Made by a program: the position numbers and the translations under genes
Assembly: GCF_006345805.1 (NCBI RefSeq)
Contig: NC_043012.1
Span: forward strand, 48,670,001 to 48,734,000
Reading direction: 5' to 3'
Length of the DNA: 64,000 nucleotides
Origin: Octopus sinensis
Lineage: Eukaryota
Notes under the pieces: generated by a model
Database searches by the model: none
Seen by the model: only the letters and a program-made list of their open reading frames with translations
What the model was told of the DNA's origin: nothing
Shown: positions 52,438-64,000 of the stretch, piece after piece
Numbering within the stretch: the stretch's first letter is position 1
Layout: the number at the start of each line of letters is the position of its first letter

Positions 52438-53427
52438 GTGTTGGTGACCATACAAAAGAATTTCCAAACAACCCCCACAGATCTTAAGATGATAAAGATA
52501 TTTTTATTTTAAAGGCCATTTAAAGGTGTCAAAATTTGATGCCCATATATTTCCGGAGTCAGAAATTGTAAAAGGTTTTATTTTTCTGTCACTAAATAAA
52601 AAATGTTCTAAGTTTGAACCCGGCTGTTCTTATGCAATAATTTTTGACCTTCTGACACAATGGATGAATGAATGTGTGTGTGTGTGCGCGAGTGTGTGTA
52701 TGTGTGTTGGCATGAGTGCGTTTCAATAATTTATATAGATCTATATACATAAATAAATATTAATATATTTATTTATACATGCTTGCAAATGCACATATAG
52801 GGTACACTTACATTATTGTATCAATGTCTGTGTTTTGCGTATGGTTTGTGTATTTGTGTTGTAGTTTTTTGGGTGTGATTGTGTATACATGTACACATCC
52901 ACATTTACATTCAGTTATATGATTTGTCTGGTTACTATTCCTCTTAACCTTTCCCATTCTGTCCCCTATCCTTTTTAGTTGCTTAAAATATCCTTAGATG
53001 TGGCCCCATGTGATCGTCTACCATGTCCTGACCTGGCAAGTCTCCTCACTTGTCCCCCCCCTCTTCTTGTTTAACTTAACAAACTCAAGTTCACCAAATT
53101 CAACCTTCTACTTTATGCCTTCCCACCAACATATTTTTCACCTAATGCTTCACTAATTTAGTTTCTTCTGATCTCCTTGACCACTCACCTGAATAGTAAT
53201 TATACATGCGTATGTGTGTGTGTGCATAGGCACATGTTTGTGTACATGTGTATGATGGTATGAGGATGTGTGTAGAAATAATGTATTCACATACACAAAT
53301 GTGTATTACAGTTATGTATACATGTTTATATGGATATTAACATGTGTATGTATTGTATGTGTATACATGTGTATATAGCATATCTATATAGTGTATATGT
53401 GTATATAACGTTCATACAGCATATACA

Positions 53428-53860
53428 CACAACATATATACACACCAACATATATACACGCAACATATATACACACGCAACATATATACACACGCAACAT
53501 ATATACACACGCAACATATATACACACGCAACATATATACACACCAACATATATACACACACGCAACATATATCACACGCAACATATATACACACGCAAC
53601 ATATATACACACGCAAATATATACACACGCAACATATATACACACGCAACATATATACACACGCAACATATATACACACGCAACATATATACACACGCAA
53701 CATATATACACACGCAACATATATACACACGCAACATATATACACACGCAACATATATACACACGCAACATATATACACACGCAACATATATACACACGC
53801 AACATATACATACATATAGGCAATATATATGCAACATATACACACGCAACATATACACAC
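53428..53860. repeat. 17-bp minisatellite (CAACATATATACACACG)n, roughly 25 units
   Basis: Near-perfect units 53460-53810 with a few indel variants; source of the spurious YIHTQH/CVCIYV ORFs. Confidence 0.95.
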
Positions 53861-56800
53861 ATATAGGCAATATATATGCAACATACATACACAACATGCA
53901 ACGTACACGCATCTGTGCAATGTATATATGTACGCACAGCATGTGTACACACAGCGCATATGTGTAAGCAGCACATATATATATATACCCATATATATCA
54001 TATATTACATATAATATAGTTTGCGAGTGTGAGTAAAATGTGAATTCATAGTATTTGATCTGGAATTTTAGTTGTGTAATCTTGCTTTATATATCTCCTC
54101 CACCCTTGCCAAGTTAAAAAATATCACTTGAAGGCTTTTTTTTTTTTCAATTTCACCCTATGGAAAGCACGCATTACACACTTAAACATACATAATAATA
54201 ATAAAAAAAGCATATATTTTTAAATCTCAAAAATACTGAGCATCTGGAAATAAACTTTTTGTTCTGCTCCCATTGTCTTATGGCTCGATTTACCTCTTCA
54301 TGCATTTCTTGTAGTTTTAACAGTAGTATTGTTCAATTATAGTTACTTTTTATTTATTTTTTAAAAATTTTTTGCATTTTTCTTTTATATTTTAAAACTT
54401 GGCTTGCTTCCCCTCCCACCTTTCCTTAAAATTTTTTTTAGAGAAATCTTATTCCAAGCTACTTTGTGCAAATAGCACACATGCATATTACATGCATTTG
54501 TCTTTGGTTGTTTGGTTATTTTTTTTCTTAATTCTGCTCATTCGAAGGCCACAAAAACAGCCTTTTCTTTGTTTATTACAGCTACTCATTCTAGGCTTTA
54601 TTCACCCTGAGCACCATTTTTAGGATGCTCTTGAAGTTTTTGTTAGCTATTAGCAAAGCTGAACAGAAACGTGTGGTTAAAAGATTTAGTAGGTGTTTCC
54701 CTTGCCATGAAAATGTTTTCACATAGCAAGGTTCCGTATATAGTACCAATTTTCATTATTCCAGTCTCCCTCTGTGAAACTGACATGCATGTGATGTTCA
54801 AAATACAATTTTTATCTGGATAGTGTTCTCTTTAATAGTTTGTTCTAGTGGGTTGTTTCAATGTTTTTTATTTTAACATTTTAAATTTCTGGTTCATGGT
54901 GCTCATCTTCCAACACCTTGCTTGCTTATGTCCGGTTTCCAGCTGCATTGGAGCAGACTTAACTAATATATATGTACCTGTAAAATTTGGTTAAATTAGT
55001 TTCTTGTGTGGTAATGTTTACTGCCTACATTTTCTTAATTGGCCTGAGCTATCTCACTAACATTTTTCATTTGAAAGGGGTGGCTGTGACATACCCAGAT
55101 TCAACTCCTCCGACACAAAAAGGCCCATAATATGGTACTCTGATTTAGAATGTGGGTAATGATTCCAAAAAAAGGAAGAAAAAAGGAAAACCCAGCTAAT
55201 TACTTAAGCTGTTTTAAAGATTTTTATTCAACCATGGACATTTGGTCAGCTTAAAAGAAAATGGGTAGTTTAGACTTTTAACATTTCACCTTTCATATTT
55301 TTTATGATCTAAATTTGAAAGGTTCATAGATTCTTATTTATTTTATGTATTTTTGTAATCCTTAATGCTTCCGTTAGTCTTTTAATTTTTCCTATTTAAT
55401 TGTATCATGTACCGAAATCAAAAAAGTATTTGAAATTTCCTGCAGTCCCCTCCCCACCACTACCATTTTCTGAAATTTTCAACATATCATCCATTTTATT
55501 CTCGGCGGTGAAGTGGAACAACCTCTCCTTTCTCTCAACTGGTCCTTGCCATTTCTGCTTAGATAATTGCATATTGCAGCATTGTCCTCCCTCACACTTC
55601 AAGATAATTGAAGAATTAACTTTCAGTTTCAGTCATACATTTTAGAAACTCAAAATTGTCTTTTTTTTCTTTTTTTTTTTTTTTTTTTTGGCTAAGCAGA
55701 CATTTCTGCTGTAAGATTTAAAATTCTTTTGGTGGATTTTTAATTTCTTTGAAAATTTCTATATTCTTGAAAAGCAACTCAAAATGAAAGAAAAAAATAA
55801 CGAAAAACAAAATGAAGTCCTTTGCTCTTTGATGAAAGCCCTAGCCTTCTCGAAACCATTTCAAATTTGCCAACATCTATTTTCTGGCTTAATGAAAACA
55901 ATAGCATGGTCCATGCAAAATGTCCAAGTTAAACTCTGGTAGATCTCACTCTTGCTTTGTCTCTAAAATTCTAGGGAGATAAAAAAAAAAGAAAAACAAA
56001 CCATAAAAACAAAGAATGTAACATCCCCCTAGTCACCCACCTCCTGCCTCAGATTTGTTGCATCTATTTTCCAGCTTATGAAAAATAATATATATATTGG
56101 CATGGTCCAAGTGTGTGTACGTGAGAATGTTTTAAAAGAGATTATTTTCTTATGATGATGATGATGATGATAATATATATATTCAAAGACTGATTGCAGA
56201 AAGATAAATATTAAGAAAAAATAGCTCTCTCTATATATAAATATATATATATTTTAATTTTTTTTTTTAATAAATTATAAAAAATTTGAAAAACCCTGAC
56301 AATGCTGCTGGAACTGAACATTTCTTTTCTATTTGGTCAAACAATTCCTACCCTAAGTATTCCCTTCCTCATTTTAATGTTATTTATTTTTTTTTTTCTT
56401 TATGTAAAAGCTTTGATTTGCCTCTTTCTACGTGCTCTAATGCCTGTGTTTTAGAGGTGGTAGGGGATATATGTATACACTTCTAGAGCAGTATTGAAAG
56501 TAAATATTTAAAAGCAAATATGACTCTGCCAGAAGTATTTTACCCTCCATGCTACCAATATTTAGAAAACAAAAAAAAAAAAAAGTTAAACTTGTACAGC
56601 AACACAGGTAGGGTATGTAGGATTGTTTACCATTTGCACCCCCCTTTTTTTTTCTTTTAAAAAAGAATGCTTCCACCTTTCTCAGATGTAATTTTGTTTT
56701 CACTCTATTAGAGCAGTTTCTTGTAGCACTTCTTCATACACATATGGTGGGGTCAGTGTATGTTGTTTGACCTTTGTAAATTCATTTGTGTTCTCTCCCC

Positions 56801-59800
56801 ACCCACTCTTCGATTCTGTAGAGATTAATGGTATTAACTAGTTCTAGGTTCACTGAATCCAAGTGAAAGTTGCCGTTATCCCCCCTCCCCTTTCCCCTGT
56901 CACATGTTTGCATGTGTGTCATCTCAGTAATAATTTTTTTTTTTTTTATTCCCACACTCACTAACACTACTTTAGTTTCTTTATATATTCCGAACTCACC
57001 TCTGGCACATTCCATTATAAAAATAGCCTGTATGTGTGTGTGTATATATGATATTTTTTTTCTTTTTCGTCTCCTTCCCCTTACCCCCACCGAACGATTA
57101 AACTCAATCCTTGGCATTGTTGTAAATTTTCTCCTTCATCTACTCGGCAGTCTCATTTTTTGAAGGCAGGAATAACCCCCTCCAATCCCTCTTAAGAATT
57201 ACCTTAATTAAAATCTAAGATTCTGATTAAACAGAAACAAATTGTCAATTTAAAATATATATATATATTTATATATATATATACATATATAAAGATATAT
57301 TTTCTTGTTTCTTCTCCTCACCCCCATTCCCAGGAAGGGTTTATTTCACATTTTGGTTTTTTTTTTTTTCTTTGACTATTTTCTCCACACAACCAAAATA
57401 AACTTTTTCTCTTCTCTTTATTCATAAATCCCTTTATTGCATAGTATCTAATTGTTTCTCCTCTTGCAAATGTCTGTGGAATGTAACTGCTAGGAAAAAA
57501 AAAAAACCCCAAAAACCATAAAATTCCTTGAGGGGAAGGATGTCTCCTGAACAGCTATGCAAATTTATAGCCAGAGAAATGGCAGTGTTCATATAACTCG
57601 ACAGTATAATATTGTGTACCTGGCAAAGTTGACCAATTCTTTGTAGCTGATTTACAGATTGAACAAAATGTCCTATTCCTTCTATTGGTACAAACTTAAA
57701 AATTTCTTTTGACAATTATGAAAATGATAAAGATTAAATAAGTAGTTAATTTTATTTTTTTTTTAAATCTTGGAAGGATTTTTTATTTTTTAACTGCCTT
57801 ATTCATTCTAAGAACTTAGCTGGTTATTACTATATTAACTGTGATACTATTTCACATGTATGAGAAAAGAAAAAAAATGACAAACATATCGAAATAATTA
57901 ACCAGTCAGTTAAATTTGATTGGCTATGTGAAACGAAAATGTAGTTCTGCTTCTAAGTTGCAATGGTTCATTATATTTGAAGAAAGGCAAAACATTTTTT
58001 TCTCTTAAATGAATCTCTTGACATGGAATGAAGTCATGCCCACAATTAGTTAAACTTAGTTATGTGCGTGCCTGTGTGTGTGTATGTGTGTGTACTTAAC
58101 TTATATATGCACATACAGACTTTTTTTTTTTCTTTGGAGCGGGGAGGAATTTGTGGATAACTTGGCAGTCAGCAGCATGTAGAGTTCTTCTCCCTATAAA
58201 TTATATGGTTCCGCTCTGGCTTTTGAACTCGTAATTAAAGACAAAAATATATATATGTAAATTTAAAAAAAAAAAAATTTAAATGGACTCTTGGTTGCTG
58301 TCTGGTTTTAGGTACAAATATATAAGTGACCGAGGCAAATTTTACTTTTGTCACTTTCATTTTGTCTCAATATTTTAAATTTTGGCATTAGTTGTATTAG
58401 TTTTGCTTATTAAATATACATAAGGGTAGCTCTCTCTCCTTCTCCCCATGTCTCATAGTTTGTAATATGGAAGAGTTGGTCATGCGCTTTGCGCTATGTT
58501 TAGTGTACCTGTGTATATTGCGAATTCATGAGCGTGTGTATACAAATTGAATGAGTGAAAATGGATATTGTTAGTTCTAAACATTTGATATATACGTCTA
58601 ATGAAACAAGATAGTTTTTTCCTCCCATCCAATTACTTTAACAGGCTCTTCTTCCTTGCGCCTCATTCCTTGACAATTTCCACGTCCCCTCCAAATTAAA
58701 ATATTGAAAGAAAAATTACAACAAAAAAATATACAAAACACGTTACAATTTTCTTCGTTATGCTTGATTGCCAGTTGATTTTATTGATTTTTATTTATAT
58801 TGTTTATTGTATGGAAATTTCTATTTAAAAAAAAAGATGAAAAATATAAATGTATGAATGAATGAAATTAAAAACATTGAATCGATAAGATATACTGGCT
58901 TCTCTCTCTCTCATACATACGTTTATATATATGTATGTGTGTATGTATGTGTATATATATAAATATATATATATATTTATGGTAGGGACTCTGACTGCTG
59001 CAATTAAGCATTCTTTGAAAAAAAAATTATTCTAAAGAACAAAAAAGTAAAAATTAAAAAAAAATAAAATAAAATGAAACACTGCTGTGTTTGAAATTAT
59101 GGCTGGTTGCATAGGATTGTATAATGTGAGCATTAGAACAGGTAACCACTCCTCCTTTGTGAGGAGTGATGTTTGTATGGATTCCAACCTGTTTGTTTTG
59201 AATGTTTTGCAAAATGGGAGTTCAAAAAAAAAAAAAAAATTCATAGTATATATAATATATATTGTGTAAATATTATATAAATTCCAATGCATATATATAT
59301 ATAATTATAAAATATATATATTAAAGACAAATTATATACGTATATGTCTAAGTTTTATTTTTTTTAATTTTTTATCATAAAAAAAGAAAAAAATGGTTGA
59401 AATATTAATCTATTTGCATATGTTTTTTCCCCCCCAATTTTCAGCTGGTTTAAAAATTTACAAAATTATATATTATATGAAAGTTAGAAATTAATTCGGT
59501 GGGAGGTGGGGAAATTATATTTTTGTTTTTAGTCATTCCAAAATAACTAAAATCAATTGGATCCATATTTGTAATTTTATTTATTTTTATTTATTTTATA
59601 TTTATTTTGCTTTTTTTAGTGACCTTCACCATAATTCCTGCCCCACCCTAATAAAGTTGCATCCCTGTTTTCTTCCTTCAATTCTCTCTATAAGAAAAAT
59701 ATATGAATAAAATAATTAAGCAAACTGTACTTATATACCATTATTCCTTCTAGTTCTATCTTCAGTGCCTGAAATAGAAATGGCTCTTAATGATTTGAGT

Positions 59801-59831
59801 TTTTTTTGTTTTGTTTTTTTTTTTTTTTTTT

Positions 59832-61108
59832 CCTTGAATTCCTTACCTTCATCTATGCTCCTAGTTTCGTGATGAAGTGGAACCTCTCAAAAATGTGTTT
59901 TTATTGTTTTTAGTTGCAGAAAAAAAAAAAAAAACTCTCTCTCCTTTGGAGGAGGTGGGGGGTCTTTTGTTCAATTCCTTCACCAAGCATTTAACACTTC
60001 TTACCCTGTCTCTTTTTCTAATCTTTATTTATTTTTTTTTTTTCCTGTCCCCACTTCATGTGTTATTCACCCTAATATCTCTGCCGACAACTTGTAACCC
60101 TTATGACCCCCAAAACCCTTACAGTACAACAAAGTTAAAAATGTATCAATATTAAGTATTTTTTTTTAATGTCTCTTTAAAAAAATAAAAATTTAAAAAA
60201 GTAAGAGATTGATTTCTCCACAGAATGTCTTACATTCATAACCCAAACCATAATTTCCTATATCTGGAGTTTTATATTTATAAAATAAAGATGAAATCCT
60301 ACAGACTTCAGTGCTGTTTTTTATTTTTTTTATTTTTTAATTTAAAAAAAAAATGGAACTCAAAAGACTTTCAAATAAATGCGTACACACTCATGCTTTC
60401 GAGTTTGATCCTGACCACAAAAGCAGAGAATTTAACATGAAGACAAAAATGGTTTGTTTTTGGTTTTTTTTTTTTTCCTTGAATTCCTTACCTTCATCTA
60501 TGCTCCTAGTTTCGTGATGAAGTGGAACCTCTCAAAAATGTGTTTTTATTGTTTTTAGTTGCAGAAAAAAAAAAAAAAACTCTCTCTCCTTTGGAGGAGG
60601 TGGGGGGTCTTTTGTTCAATTCCTTCACCAAGCATTTAACACTTCTTACCCTGTCTCTTTTTCTAATCTTTATTTATTTTTTTTTTTTCCTGTCCCCACT
60701 TCATGTGTTATTCACCCTAATATCTCTGCCGACAACTTGTAACCCTTATGACCCCCAAAACCCTTACAGTACAACAAAGTTAAAAATGTATCAATATTAA
60801 GTATTTTTTTTTAATGTCTCTTTAAAAAAATAAAAATTTAAAAAAGTAAGAGATTGATTTCTCCACAGAATGTCTTACATTCATAACCCAAACCATAATT
60901 TCCTATATCTGGAGTTTTATATTTATAAAATAAAGATGAAATCCTACAGACTTCAGTGCTGTTTTTTATTTTTTTTATTTTTTAATTTAAAAAAAAAATG
61001 GAACTCAAAAGACTTTCAAATAAATGCGTACACACTCATGCTTTCGAGTTTGATCCTGACCACAAAAGCAGAGAATTTAACATGAAGACAAAAATGGTTT
61101 GTTTTTGG
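59832..61108. repeat. 645-bp-period tandem duplication (59832-60463 and 60477-61108)
   Basis: ORF track entries repeat identically at offset 645 (59877/60522; 60225/60870); I saw no differences, and homopolymer lengths within the unit appear to match; poly-T tracts at all junctions. Confidence 0.95.
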
Positions 61109-61254
61109 GTTTTTTTTTTTTCTTTTTTGTTTTTTTTTTTTTTAACATTTCTCTAGTGAATTATTAGATGTGAAATGTTTGTCTTATTGCTGATCAACAT
61201 AAAGACAAAAATGAACTCTTTGGCAAAAGTGTAATTGGGTTAAGTTATTCCTTA

Positions 61255-61500
61255 GGACGAATTAAGTACCAGTAATATAATGAAGTTCATCTTAATCAGC
61301 TATACCTCACAAAACTGGTCTTGCCCTTAGTGAAAACTTCTGAGAAAGATCTAAGACCAATTAAGATGACCAAGAGATTAAAACTGTTTCAGATTATTTT
61401 TAATTGATTCCTAATTCCTTCAGGGGTTGACTTTGGAATTTCGCCTCTCAACCATTTAAGGCTCAATAAGTATGTTGCTTGATTGATTTGTCTCACTTTC
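61255..61500 (+). mobile_element. two very decayed SINE family D fragments
   Basis: aattaagtaccagt... and aattccttcaggggttgactttg...ctcaataagtatg. Confidence 0.4.
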
Positions 61501-64000
61501 TTACTAGAGAAATGGCCCTAACCCTACAGAAAACTGTATAAGTTTAGTACCTCAAGTACTTTGCAGTTCAGGGTTTCAAGTCCTATTAAGGCTAACTTGT
61601 CTTTCATTATTGGATTGACCAAATGTACCAGTATCATACTGAGGTAATTGAATCTGCTATGCAGCCTTCTATACAATAAGCTTTTTTTTTCTTTTCTTTT
61701 TTTTTTTTTTTTTTTTTTTGCTTTGTGCTTAGCAAAAGGAAATCTATTAGAGGAAAAACTCCCTGCCATCCCATTCCCTTGAAGATTTGTGTAGTTTTAG
61801 CAAGGAGAAATAAATAAGCAAGTGCAAAACATTTAAAAGAAAGTAAAATGCATGTTGTTGATTGCCATAACCTTGCCCAAATCATTGGTACTGAATCCTG
61901 CGAGAATGGTGTGACATATGTAATGAGCAAAACTTTTCTTAGTTAATACTATTCACTTTTGGTCATACATAGGTATAAACTGCACAAACCATCTTCACCA
62001 TTGTTATTCAACTTAGTTTGGAATTTGAAAATTCTATCACTTTTTTTTTTTTTTTTTTTATTATTTTTCAATTATTGGTAGGTTGGTTGTGTAGGAAACT
62101 AGTTCAAATGTTTGCCGTCCTAAAATTTTGAGAATATACCTGAAGGCTGCAGTGGGAATTACAAGCAAATAGAGAGAGAGAAGAAAATTGTGAAAATGGA
62201 AAGTTAAAAAAAAATGACTGACAAATAAGTCAACTAAGATGGTCTTAAATTGGTATAACAGAAGGAGCAGGAAATCTATAATATATATACATATATATAT
62301 GTGTGTGTGTGTTTGTAATTGATTATCCTGAGCAAGTCAAATTGGTTTGGGAATGTGGATATTAATAATGCATTGTTGATGCAACTGGAAGGGTCTTTTA
62401 TGTAAGTGTTCCATGCGTAATATTAATATATAATAAATATATACATTTTTTTCAGAATCATTCATTCATAAGACAAAAGTAATTTTTTTATTCACTATAT
62501 TTTATAAGCTTCATAATTTCAGACAACTGTCCTTAGAATTTTTCATCTTATTTACTTCATCAAATCTTAAGGCTGATCAAAAAGTAACCTCCAACTTTAC
62601 TTTACTTCAAACATGAAGTAACTTTACATAAGATATACATGCATATATATGTTTGCATATGATCGATATACATTGTTTTCCTAACTTGTCATATACCATT
62701 TTCTTTGTTATTTTTGTTAATATATTTTTCTGAGAATGTAGTGATCAATTTCTGCCACTTCTATCATATATATCTAAACTGTAAACATGTTAAATTGCTG
62801 TAAATGAAATCTTCCTCACTCGTATTGCTTCTAAGTTAAAGCTGCTGAAGAAAGAAAATAGTTATTTTAGCATCAGCAAAGCGAGTTTTTATATACATTC
62901 ATACATATAACAAAATGTTTTATACATAACACACATCTTCAAGTCCATGCCGAATTAGTCCTTGCTATTTTGCATGTAGATGCAGATATTTCTAAGGACA
63001 AAAATACATGGAAGCAAGCTCCTGTTGTATCCAAGATCATAGTAGAATTTAATCTTACTACATGAGCAAAACACTTCAATTATACAGGGCCCCTTCTGCT
63101 GCTTTCTGCAGTGTATTGTATCTCTCCACCATTTAGAACTGGGTGGTTTTTGAGTCATTGGATGCGCAGTGTCTTTTTTTTTTTTTTCTTCATTGCATGG
63201 GCTCCCTAAAGCCCCTGATATGAAATATAACCGTGAGCTCTTTAACATCATCTGTGATTTCCATGCACCTACTACATATGTATGTGATGCAATTTCCATA
63301 ATAATATTTCACTCTTCATAATAGTGATAGATGATTTGAAAGTAACTAGAATTGGACTACCTGAAAAGAGTTCAGTCTCAGGGAGGATTTACACACATTC
63401 ACACACACATTCGTATGTATATATGTGTGTGTACACACATGCATATATATATATCTATTTTTTTTCATTTGACAAAACAGTACATTGTATGAGAGCATAA
63501 CTGAAACACATTGTTTCATTTCAAATAATGAATACCTCATGGAGAGAGTTCTTTCTAGAAGACACTTAATATTTTTCTCTTCATTGAGTGAAATCTAGAT
63601 TAGCAAAGACATCGAAGATTGTGTGTGTGTGTTTCCATGTGTAGCGTATGTATATGACAGATATATATTTATATGATGTGTATATTTAAACAGAATTGCT
63701 CTTATTCTTTTTGGAACTGTATGTATCGGCAGAATTTAAAACAACAAAGGCAAAATGAAGTAACAACAGACTCATTCTGTTCGGCTGGGTGGATTAGACT
63801 TTGCACCATTCCAATAAATTAGCAAATAATTTTGGGTGTAGTCAGGATATTTATTCACCCAGTGAGTAAGTGTGTAGGAGAGCACGTGATTTTTTTTTTT
63901 CTTTTTTCTTTTTAATATATTCTCTTTATCATCTCTGAAAAACAAAGAAAACGTATGCAAAATTGGGTTGGGGAGAGGAATAATTATGAATATTATGATA

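Noticed and set aside
53326-54014. Long ORFs (142-216 aa) on both strands
   Set aside because: They are translations of the 17-bp minisatellite and CA/TA repeats; no coding signature.
59877-61085. Duplicated 92-aa and 71-aa ORFs
   Set aside because: Low-complexity poly-K/F peptides from homopolymer tracts; duplicated only because the DNA is duplicated.
50739-64000. Individual ARE, CPE, Pumilio, MEX3-recognition and miRNA seed motifs
   Set aside because: Too degenerate for this AT-rich, microsatellite-rich sequence; not informative without conservation data.

Overview
AT-rich eukaryotic (non-microbial) DNA. The retroposon, MITE and microsatellite content looks like an octopod cephalopod genome; this is inferred from recalled repeat families and was not database-checked. 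The only host coding sequence I can support is the large terminal exon of a MEX3-family gene (+ strand, 49300-50738), encoding the end of KH1, KH2, an S/T/P-rich linker and a C-terminal C3HC4 RING. It starts at the conserved phase-1 intron in 'GRQG|CKIKALR'. I could not find the upstream coding exon, so bases 1-49299 are probably one intron of more than 49 kb. That intron holds about 35 recognisable insertions: several tRNA-derived SINE families, a (GAT)n-tailed retroposon family, a TTAA-flanked piggyBac-like MITE family (two copies host nested elements), a hAT MITE with target-site duplication (TSD), two decayed hAT transposases and a Penelope-like fragment carrying a 70-bp palindrome and a degenerate hammerhead-ribozyme motif. 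Downstream of the stop codon is about 10.5 kb with no recognisable TE (candidate very long 3' UTR), containing a 17-bp minisatellite and an apparently exact 645-bp tandem duplication that may be an assembly artefact. Almost all other ORFs in the supplied track are spurious. Repeat boundaries are approximate (about +/-10-20 bp) unless terminal inverted repeats (TIRs) or TSDs are quoted.
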